From: Bispira polyomma
Lineage: Eukaryota
Length of the DNA stretch: 64,000 bases
Direction of reading: 5' to 3'
NCBI GenBank assembly: GCA_965649765.1
Contig: OZ287752.1
Coordinates: forward strand, 83,266,001 to 83,330,000
Shown: in pieces, positions 27,466-37,959 of the stretch
Layout of the letters: each line of letters begins with the position of its first letter
Position numbering within the stretch: position 1 is the stretch's first letter
The notes under the pieces: model-generated
The model's database searches: none
Told to the model about the DNA's origin: nothing
The model's input: the letters and a program-made list of their open reading frames with translations, nothing else
Position numbers and translations under genes: made by a program

Positions 27466-30400
27466 TCATCAGATCCAACATTTGTAAGTTTCCGCTACAT
27501 ATGCCAGTTGTAAATTAAGTTTTGGAAAAAGAGTAATGTTTTAAGTCCCAATGTGGAGTTGGACTATGGTCTAAATGCCACGCAATCTAACCGTTTTTGT
27601 GGAAAACATCACAGCTTTCAAATAAGGTGTCCTTCAAAGAGGGCAAGTGTTTGGGTGGGGGATTGTCGATATATATAGGTAGCCGGAACTTGTATAGAAT
27701 GATAATGTACAAATCCCTAACTACATGCAGGTCAGGTAGCTTTTAAAGCAATGCTGTCTGTGAGAACGAGGGGGGACTCTGTTCAATAAGAAGCTGTCGG
27801 CAAATGATAGATTCCTCCAACTCTCGTGAGGAGGGGAGGAAGGGGGGGGGGGGGGCGTAAATGAGAAGAAAGTGTTAATACTTTTTCTCAGATGCAAATG
27901 CTCTAACTGTGGAGGGGGAGAGGGGAAGGGGGGTGGGGGGGTGGGGGTGGGGGGGTGCATATCTTAAGTAAAATTAATGGCTGATAAGGGGGAGTGGAGT
28001 GTGGCTTAAATTAAGCCCTAAGAATAAATGCTTTCCATGCCAAGTTTTATTCTTCAAAGACATTTTAGTGTTAGTGATTTTTTTCAGGTTTTTTTGCCTG
28101 TGTTATCCCATTATTATTACACATATCCTTACGGTACCCAACAAATATATATATCATGCTCAGAAAAGCAAGTTAAAGTATATAAATTGTGTAAAAACAA
28201 TTTCTGATCTAGATGAAGCATTAAGGTCAGTAGTCACACACACTCGTTTTGTTTTGGGGGTTCTTTCTTTTCTGTTTTTTTTTTTTTCTCATTTCCTCCT
28301 TAAATAAAATCAATACTCGCACAGTAGCGATTTGTCACCAGGACTTCATATAATGGGTGTTGGTGAGGAGTGGCCACATGTGGGACTAACCCCCTCCCCC
28401 TCCCCCCCCCCCCCTGAGGCTCTAAGCCCACCCTGGAGTGTGAGACATGGGGTGGGGGGGATACAAGTGGCCTCTCCAGATATCATTATAATACAGTGAA
28501 AAGGGACAACTGCCTTGAATTACTCATAACGAGGACTACTTCACACCCACTATTATATGTTTACCCCCTCCTCTAGTTTAGCTACTCATTATTAACAGCT
28601 ACAGATGGACTGCAAAAAGTAGAAAGGAATGTTTTGTAAATCTGCATAACTTCTAAAGTAGTTGGTGTATATTGTATTTCCACGACATTTACTAAGGGTT
28701 GGTGAAAATATATGTCTAAGAATTATAGTGGAGTTCTGTATTTAATTTGACCAATATGGCTTTGAACTGGATAGCCAAATTTAAGTCTATTTGCACTCTG
28801 CATAAATATACAGGTGAAGGTGTGGCAGCAAATGCTTTAGAATCCAAGGATTAGAGTACCATCTTGAAAACCCTTTTTATTTATAAACTACTATGTCATT
28901 GCTATTCACTTAAAACAGGAAAAAAAGATACACTCCCAGGTTGGATTTCAAAGGGAACTGTATCATGTTGCGTGTTTATGTAAGTGAATACAGTAAACAA
29001 ACTGTATATTTTATTTCAGTTATATAGTATTTTTTTCATCATTTAATCCTCCATTTTTTTTGGCTCAGTTGCAGACACTTGTCACTATGTCCAAAACCCA
29101 CCCACTAGTTTTTAAACTCTTCTATATTAAACGTTGTCATAGTCTTCTCACTAGTTCACTATCCTGGATTGAGTTAGCTCTGTTTAAGTCCACAAATTCT
29201 CTTTCCTCAAACAATTGTGTCCGCATGCACATGTTTCTACTTGTTCCTATCAGTGACATATGGAGTCTTTTTAACAATGACTGGCAGAGATTTCCTGATT
29301 TCCTTGATTATTAAGGCTTCTATGAAAGCCATTTTCTAATGAGAATTGACAGTTGACAAATTCCATTTCCTGATAAGCTTAAAACCTTGGTTACTATTAG
29401 TTTTGACTTGGAGATTTGGTTGTTATTGGCAACAGAGGTCACATGACCATATATATATTAGCCAAGAGATACATGTACATACAGATAGAATGGCAGGGAT
29501 ATTAAATTTTCTTTACTAGTTTTCCAATTTGAGATCTACTTTGCTCAGTACTGTAGATATCTATGGTGTTCTATGTATAGAATTTCTGTTTTAGAACAAA
29601 GTTTGTGTCGCTGTTTTCTTTCACATGCTTACCGTATTGCTTCACTACCTGTATTTAGTGATATAGGTGGACATCACTTGAACATGTGAATGTATCATAA
29701 GTGGGGAAAATCTGGCTTGTTTATATTGCGATGGACCACATGTCACAACACTGTAGATTAAATGAGATTACCAGAATTCCTGACCTGATCAATAAGCTAA
29801 AACCCAAGGCTCAGCTGAGAGTTTGGCTTTTGCATTTCACCACTGGACTAGTACAGAGAGAGGCAAGCACAGTATTCATCTGTCTGCCACTATTAATTGG
29901 TCAGCTGTGTGCAGTGGTCAAATATTTACCACAGTTGCTGTGTGTAGTGATCTTTTGATGTAGTAGCTATAGCCACTGTTCTGGCCGGAGTGGCGCCTAG
30001 GATAAATTAGTTTAATTCCACTCCACAAACATATTTACATCTAGAAACTGCAATGGTTGGGTTCAAGGAAACAAAGCCAAATGAGATAGTAAATTGAGTC
30101 CTGTGGCTGTGTGTATATCACTGTGGACTGGCCAGTAAATAGCATTCACAGATTCCCTGAATATCTTTCCACCAGTGATTACAGTTAATTTTGTAGCATT
30201 GCATTCCTGTAAGCAGTGGAATTGGAGGTTTTGTTTAGAGGGAGTTCGGATCTGGTTTTTTTCCTCTTGTTATTAAAATTTAGATTTTCTCTGTTTTGTT
30301 TATGTAGAACTACTTTGTTAAATCCAAAACTACTTTAAATCCTAGGTAAGATAGGAATGATGCTGTAGACTTTGCTATTTCGTACTTATTTTTTTAATCA

Positions 30401-31121
30401 TGGTGTTTTTCTGTTTCATAGAAAAAAGAGACAAGAATATTTATTTTTATCACAGATCAATTTGCATTGTGTGATTTTAAAATATGTCTGCAGATGGTTT
30501 GACAATGTGTTCGCCTGCGTACAAATATTATCTTCAAGTTCTGATCTTGCACAAATGCCATATTCTGAGCTGCGAGTACTAATGAAAATGAATCACAAGT
30601 CTGCCAGACTTAACACCCCCACCCCACTCCAGCCCCCACTTCTCCCCACCCCACTTGTGTGATGTGTAATATTAACCCACCCATGGCTGACTTACTGACT
30701 TCTGCTCACAGGGCTGACAGAAAAAACACCCACAATCCTCTCTGATTACAGACGACAACAGCAATTACTCCAATTATTCCTATTCTAAAGTCCCTGATCA
30801 GGTCTAACCCACTCTTTAAGATTTCAAATGAACTTAAAAACTTAGGTAGACTAATTCAGTAGAACAAAGTCAGATAATGGCTTGTAGTTGATTGGAATTC
30901 CTCTGTACTCAAGTCTTTGATGGAATACTTAAAAGCCTCACATTAGGGATGATAGCTAATTGTTGTGGGGAAGGTGTCTAGTCTTGCTGGAGTCTCAAAT
31001 TTATCACAGTGCCTTATTTCATTTACAAGAATTTCACATACGTATAGACATGTCATTTAGCATAATGTTGACGTTCAAGCATCTTGAGATCTTTTCTTGA
31101 GACAAGTAATCTACTCCCCTT

Positions 31122-31310
31122 TGGCGTGAGCTTCACAGTCACTGTCTCGTGACCAATGGGGGTTTATATCTCTTCGATTTTTTCATGAAGGAAAATTTCC
31201 AGTAATTTCTTTAAGCCATTGGTTTTCAATCCTAAAAACTACTGGTTTCTTCCACCATTGAATCTGGAGGTCGTTATACGACTTAAGCTGTTAAAAGCGA
31301 CCTAAAATCT
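31122..31310 (+). mobile_element. SINE copy (degenerate)
   Basis: ggtttcttccaccattgaatctggaggtcgttatacgacttaagctgttaaaagcgacctaaaa shares the family's 3' body. Confidence 0.65.
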
Positions 31311-33533
31311 GGACTGAATTTTGCAAGGAACTGGAGCGTCAGACCAGGCTAGGGGCGGTCTAGGGCTTGGTGTAATTATTTCTCAGTAATATGACACTAG
31401 ACCAGTGTTACCCAGGAGATGATCAGATATATATATATATATACCCAGCTGCTAAGGCAGTAATTGCTGTCCTGTATACACTGTTACTATGGTAAAGAAA
31501 ACACAAGCAACACACCCTCCTCCCCCTCAATTATCTCATCCTCATGGAGCTCTCCACAGTGGTCCTTGTTTAAAGATTGTGGCTTGAACCTAAATAAAAT
31601 AAATAAAACAAGGGATATAGGAGTCCATTAAGGAATAATTTGCCCGTTAAAAGGTGTATGGCAATGATTTTAAAATTTAAAGTCTTTTAATATCCCAGAT
31701 ATTCTGATATAGAATGTAACAATAAACACCCTAAAGTTCATGCTGCTGGTGTATAGACTGTGTATCAACTGTAGAAATGAAGCCAGATTTCAGAAAATGA
31801 GGACATGTAGTAAAAGAGATAGGAATGGATTCTCTTCCCCAGAGACGTTTGAATTCCTGTCTATATACGTAAAAAGTGGTACAGTTCCCCAAGGCATACA
31901 GAAATATATCACTGGTAGAGATTCTGCAGGAGCTAGCGAATAGCTTCACTATTGTGGTCAACCATTGTTAAGTCATATGAAAATGACAAGTACATAAATA
32001 TTGAGAAACAAATATTGGAAAAATTACATAAAATTTTTAAAAACTATAAATGAAACATAATCTTAATACTGTTCTGGAAAGCTAATATTGCATTCAAGCA
32101 ATCGAGTACAAAACCATTAATATTATATATGGTCTTTTATTCGTTTATTAGTGGGGTGTAATTATATGAAAAAAAAATACAACCGTGGCTTAGTCTTTTG
32201 TTCGGAATGTGTCTCTTGGTGCAAGTGTGTTGAAGGTTTTTTGATGTTTTTCATACCAAATTTGCTCAAGCGTTAATATTGGTTGATTGTTTAATTTGTG
32301 AGGTTTATCACTTGCTGAAATCTCTCGAATTGTGTGCCGTCTCAAATTTCTGCATGTTGGCAGAACCAACCAATAAGAGCTGATAAAACGTGGAACAAAA
32401 GTCTTTTATTTCTAGTTATTGGAGAAGTTGGACAGAGAAAGCAGAGACTGATAAGCAATCTTATCCACTGGTCTTAATGAATTAAATAATCTTTTTTCTG
32501 TGTTAATTTGAGCATGTGTGAAAACATTGATTATTAGTCATAACACTTTATGAAAAAAATGACTAAATATTCACTCATGAAGACTTGGTTTCTTTGTTTA
32601 GTTATAACCGTATAACCGTTATAACCGTAAAACGTACGCCACCGTCTTTCTGTTTTACTTTTTCTCTGGCCAGGCAATAGGATTTTCACCTATTTTTCAT
32701 TGTTTTTATGACTTAATTGGAGTAATTAGTATATTGTAAAGTGTCAGATTAAGCTGACTAGATCTGTGTTTCTGATAACCTCCTTATTACTCGTATATAA
32801 TTGTAATAATCTATAAATCTCTAGCAGCCATTGTATATACACCTCTATATTCCCCACTGAGTGACAGATCTGTAGAGTTAGAAAGTTTATATTTAGCTCT
32901 AGAGATCTAAGATTTCATAAATTGGGGGAAACTCAACCTGTAAGATATCCTGATTGAGCAGATGAAGTTATCAGTTTATTACACAGAGCTGCAGAAATTC
33001 CTATAAGCCTTTCCATCAACAACTTCCAAATGCCTCTGGGCCATTTGCTGCTCAGGAGCTCTCAACAACCAGTGAAAAATGTCATGAAGGAAAGTTTTTA
33101 ACCTTCTCATTTTAAATATATATTGACATATAAAAATAATACATTGGCCCGGAGGTGTTTTGGCCAGTAGAACGGTTTTATGTAGAACAGGGTATCTTTT
33201 TAATTAAAATGATGTTTTACCAGAGTGGTATTATGATAAAACTGGATGCTTTAAGGCAAAGATTGGGTTCTGCAAAATTTGCAAAACAAAAACCACACAG
33301 TAATCTTTCAAGCTTGGTTTTGTATGTTATTTGTTAGTTTGCAATTTTTTATCATGAATTAATTTGGAGTCCATGATTTCATAGGGTTGGTGTGAAAAAT
33401 GAGCAAGTCAAGAAAATCCCAAGAGGGGAAAAGTATTAACAGGAGGCGGCAATTGTGTAAGAACTTTTGCTAATGGAAAAAAACCCAACTTTATTTATAT
33501 GAAAGAAAATATTGGGATAGAAGTGTTAAGGAA

Positions 33534-33592
33534 TAGTTCATTATTTGTAGTGGGGGGGGGGGGGGGGACAGTTCATTATTTGTAGTGGGGGG
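33534..33592 (+). repeat. Duplicated AGTTCATTATTTGTAGTGGGGG with an expanded poly-G
   Basis: Two copies; the first G run is about 16 nt. Confidence 0.75.
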
Positions 33593-33869
33593 CATCTATC
33601 AAATGTTTGCTGTCTTGTAATTCTAGTGTAGCCTGTTTGTCCAACAGATGTTAAAGCAATGGATTTGGTAGTAATGTTTGCAAGTGTTATCAGATTTATC
33701 AGAGGCTTTTACCTTTACAGTTTAGTGAATGTAGTGGCATCTTTGGTACAGAGACAGAAAACCTTGTCCTTGTATCTGTAGATTGAAGTTGTATTATATT
33801 GTTTTTAGTGCCCCCATACAGAATCGCTAAATATTACACATGCTTCAATTTTAATAGTCGGTTTAATAG

Positions 33870-34008
33870 TGTATTGTATGAACTCACTCACACTCTGCAG
33901 CGTTATACAGCCTCGTTTTTGATTGCACAGCACTGGTTTTTTGACCATTCAATCTGGCAGTCGTGATGATGACCTAAGCTGTTAAAATCGATGTAAAACC
34001 GAAATAAA
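33870..34008 (+). mobile_element. SINE 3' fragment
   Basis: accattcaatctggcagtcgtgatgatgacctaagctgttaaaatcgatgtaaaacc. Confidence 0.6.
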
Positions 34009-34860
34009 TTTTAAAAAAAATTCTCCTTTTATAAACAAACGCTCAGTCATTCAAACAAAGGCGTGCGCGCTGCCCAGACATTTAGATAAAAGAGGTTCCA
34101 CTGTATTATAACTACAACAATGAAGTCTGTAAAATATGAAATACTACATAGATATCACAGTTCTCTAAAAGATGTGTGAATTGACTACTTAGACCTGTAT
34201 ATTCTGTATTATCAGATCTCCTACTAAAAGTTTTGGATGGACAACAGTTTAACTTCTAATTTAGTGTCTTAAGTTTGACTTTTTTGGGTAATATTTTAAT
34301 ATTTAAGGTTGTAATCGAAAGGTTTCAATTGTTGTACTGCCTTTCATCTTTTTTAACCAACCTTGACAGGAAAACTTTGTTAGAACCAAAAGAAAGTTTC
34401 TATGGTTTCAGGCGATGTTTTCCGGCAAGGTAACTTTTCATTTACCAATCGCTGTGTAAAAACATAGGAATCGTGGGGAAAAGGAGAAACAGTATCATTG
34501 CTCATGTGATAGTTGATTTGCTGCGAGAATGGTAGTACCAGGATTGGCCAAATCTTCTATAGGATTTTTGACAAGACTTGTCAGTGGGGGATTCCTCTGG
34601 ATCTAATTTATGTGTGCTTTTATGTAGGCCTCCACTATCCACAGTGTTTCTTCATGTCATTGTTCTGGCATCTGGATGGCTACAATGCCATTGAAATTTA
34701 TATGGCATGTAAACTGTAAACCAACATTTGTAACACAGGTTTCTGCTCAATAGAGCAAACAAAGTGTTTAGAGACAAAGTCAAGTTTTAAATGCAAACAT
34801 ATATTACTGACTTGGATATTGTAGTGGTTTGTTTTATCTCACAAATATGCTTTACAAATA

Positions 34861-35017
34861 CTGTAGAACCTCTATTATCAGAACTTCTTTGTGATGTGAA
34901 TATTCAGTGTATTACTCTCCCAAATTGATCTTTTCCTAATGTCTTGTACTGAAATACCTCTTCTATTTTATGAAACCTTCTTTTATCCAAACAAACTCTT
35001 ACATGTTCAGATAATAA
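34861..35017 (+). mobile_element. MITE family A copy upstream of the robo exons
   Basis: TA|CTGTAGAACCTCTATTATCAGAAC...ctcccaaatt...atacctcttctattttatgaa...gttcagataata. Confidence 0.75.
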
Positions 35018-36785
35018 CCACAGATTGCAGTTGATTTTTTTCTGTGTAGTTACTACTTTTCATCATTTCAGCCCCAGGTTGATTGCTAGTAAATATATAA
35101 ACATACATACATGTAAATACAAGATATGGTACACTACCCAACCCAAGTATGTATATATAATCTAGAGGATTTTCTCTTCTATCTTGGCCCTGGTTAATTG
35201 AGGAAATGGAACACTTTAGCTTTTGGTGGTATATTTTGTTGTTTTCTGTTTCAAGTGTGATAAATGAAGTGTTGACCATAACCTTCCTCTCACTTGGAAG
35301 CAGATAACATCCACCAGTTGCTCTCTCTGTTGTACATGTACATATAGAACTGGTCTTCCAGTTAAGTGTACTTCTGTATCACTCTGCTTAGGTCTAGGTA
35401 AATATACACAGCTAATCACTGCAATAGCCCAATAGTCCTGCTGTATCTCCTCACACTTGTTGAAAGTCCAATACACAAAAGCCTCCTCTTCCAGAGGGGG
35501 TATTAACCATGTTTATAAACTATTCACTGACCAATTAACTCTGGCAGAATAACAAGTGATATGACTAAGATAAGGTCTGTCATTGTCCTCATCCATAAGG
35601 CTGGCTGAAAGCTTTAGGTAAATATTTGGTACAAGATGGACAGTTCTTCTGGCAATGTTTTGTCTGTAGTCATGGGCTTGGTATTATTTACAAAGTATCT
35701 TAAAAGGGGTTTTCTTACATTTACCGAAATTGCAAAGGGTACCTGTATTTAAACCACTGTACCAATACTACTGCTGTATCACCCTAGATATATATATATA
35801 AATTTGACAAATTTACTACAATCTTTCTTTAATAAGTTTCCTGATTGATCTAAAGAACGTGAGCATTATCTGACCTCAGAAAGAATGGCTTGGTTTTGCA
35901 GCAATTTTTTCAACACCTATTTGGGGTGTTACATTAGCCATATCTCTAGGATACACGGATGTATGGATAAGCATTATATTTGTCACAATCTGTTCTGTGC
36001 ATCATTTACCTGTCAATGCAAAAACTGTTTGACAAATGATAAAGCTGCCTTAGTATCTTTAGACATCCTATGTAAAGAGATACATTGATAGATATATATA
36101 TTAAAATTCATCTTCTTAAGTTCAGCATGTTAAAGTTTTATCGTCAATGGTTGCACTCTTCATCCTAGATGAAACATAAGAACAGACTAAGTATGCTTTA
36201 TTAAGTTTGTGTCATTGATGTTGTATTGGTGACTATGTCATCTGTGGTATCGCCTTACATTATTAATATGAACCAGTGCCTTTATTGCCACCTCATCTGC
36301 TGTAATACCATACATACTTCGTCAGTCCATTGATGGCTTCCCAATATGACCTACCCTTAATATCACAGCGAGATAGGGTGACTGACGTTGACTCAGTACC
36401 GATATTTCTGTGTCTATTTGTATACTTCATAAACCAGTGGCACACCTTATTCTCTACAATAGCCATATACACTTCATCTGTCTTTCGATTCTTTCAGAAC
36501 CCTCTTCTCGTCTAACAGGTAACAGCATTTGTTATTCTTAGGAACCCATGTTTGCAAGCAGAGGGCCTGGCCAAAATTATTACTTTGCTCTCCTTGAGTA
36601 CCCGTGCATTGCAATACGTTAGTACTGCAGAATTATATGTTTTAAAATATCCCATAGAAAGCTGTCCAGAAATGCCGGCAGTTTTTTGTGGGGTATGTTT
36701 TAGGGACTCCAGCCAGCTAAAACCTGCTTAACATTGTCCAGTGGTGAAAGTGTTGTATAACCAATCAATATGTATGTATTTGTAG

Positions 36786-37015
36786 CTGTGGAGCCTGAGA
36801 TCACTGATCCCCGTATTGTGGAGCATCCAGAAGACCAGTTTGTGGTGAAGAATGACCCGGCCACACTGAACTGTAAGGCGGAGGGTAACCCGCCACCGGT
36901 CATCACCTGGTACAAAGACGGAGAGCTAGTGACCACCTCCCACAACAACCCTTCATCTCACAGGATGATGTTACCTGGTGGTCACCTGTTCTTCTTGAGG
37001 ATTATACATAATAAG
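36786..37015 (+). CDS. robo: Roundabout (Robo) receptor, internal coding exon: N-terminal part of Ig1 (230 nt, phase 1 to phase 0)
   Basis: Acceptor tttgtAG (36784-85), donor AAG|GTAAGT (37016). Translation [76 protein letters not shown] matches the Robo1/2 Ig1 pattern [29 protein letters not shown]......SHRMLLP.G.LFFLRI.H, recognised from knowledge of the family. Confidence 0.95.
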
Positions 37016-37959
37016 GTAAGTGATGTTACCTGGCGGTCAGCTGGTCTTCTTAAGGATTATACATAATAAGGTAAGTGATGTTACCTGGCGGTCACCTGTT
37101 CTTTTTAAGGATTATACTTAATAAGGTGAGTGATGTTCCTGGCGGTCAGCTGTTCTTCTTGAGGATTATACATAATAAGGTAGGTACCTTGATCATGGTA
37201 CCTGGCGGTCAACTGTTCTTCTTAAGGATTATACATAATAAGGTAAGTGAGGTTACCTTGAGGTGAACTGTTCTTGATGAAGGATTATACATAATAAGGT
37301 AAGTCAGGTTACCTTGAGGTGATCTGTTCTTGATGATTATACATAATAAGGTAAGTCAGGTTACCTGGCGTATCACAGAGAATATATGGCGGTCAGCTAT
37401 TCTTCTCAAGAATTATACATAATAAGGTGAGTACCTTGATGATGTTTCCTGGCGGTCAACTGTTCTTCTTGAGAATTATACATATTAAGGTAAGTGATGT
37501 TACCTGGTGGTCAACTGTTTTTCTTGAGGATTATACATAAGAAGGTAAGTCTCTTGATGATGTTACCTGGTGGTCAACTCTTATTCTTAAGGATTGTACG
37601 TAATAAGGTAAGTACCTTGATAATGTTACCTGGCGGTCAGCTGTTCTTGAGGATTATACATAATAAGGTAAGTGATGTTACCTGGATGTGAACTGTTCTT
37701 CTTAAGGATTATACATAATAAGGTAAGTTCCTTAATGATGTTACCTGGTGGTCAAATTTTCTTGAGGGTTATACATAATAAGATAAGTACCTTAATGATG
37801 TTACTTGAGGTGAACTGTTCTTGAGGATTATACATAATAAGGTAAGTGAGGTTACCTTGAGGTGATCTGTTCTTAAGGATTATACATAATAAGGTAAGTA
37901 CCTGGAGGATGTTACATGGCGGTCAAGTGTTCTTGAGGATTATACGTAATAAGGTAAGT
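36964..37959 (+). repeat. Minisatellite of 17 units (52-76 bp) made of the robo exon 3' end plus its 5' splice site
   Basis: Consensus GATGTTACCTGGYGGTCARCTGTTCTTCTTRAGGATTATACATAATAAG|GTAAGT(ACCTTGAT). Donor positions: 37016, 37071, 37126, 37180, 37243, 37299, 37351, 37427, 37490, 37545, 37608, 37668, 37723, 37783 (mutated to AT), 37842, 37894, 37954. Confidence 0.97.

Larger units (their letters stand above)
1..36785 (+). other. Upstream non-coding region, probably a large robo 5' intron
   Basis: The Ig1 exon starts in phase 1 after an AG, so a signal-peptide exon must lie upstream. I could not identify it in the window, and no credible CDS was seen on either strand. Confidence 0.5.

Noticed and set aside
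27999-28307. Hydrophobic ORF as the Robo signal-peptide exon
   Set aside because: It starts at GTG, its hydrophobicity comes from T-rich DNA, and I found no convincing phase-1 donor.
36770-36785. ATG at 36770 as the Robo start codon
   Set aside because: No signal peptide follows. The segment is intron sequence ending in the acceptor AG.
36950-36964. Internal acceptor CCTTCATCTCACAG|GATGATG just before the first repeat unit
   Set aside because: Joining a phase-1 upstream exon here would be out of frame and would delete most of Ig1. There is no support beyond the motif.
37075-37691. ORFs 37075-37266 and 37494-37691 as separate repeat-protein genes or Dscam-like mutually exclusive exons
   Set aside because: They are read-through of intronic repeat units. 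The units lack an acceptor that would let them replace the exon end in frame, and I saw no upstream internal donor to pair with.
36964-37959. CRISPR-like look: conserved ~21-nt block alternating with more variable ~35-nt segments
   Set aside because: The variable segments are homologous to each other and to the Robo exon, the context is a eukaryotic spliced gene, and there are no cas genes.
37013-37959. Recursive-splicing (AG|GT ratchet) sites
   Set aside because: The AG is AAG preceded by purine/AT-rich sequence rather than a pyrimidine tract plus YAG, and the steps would be only ~55 nt.
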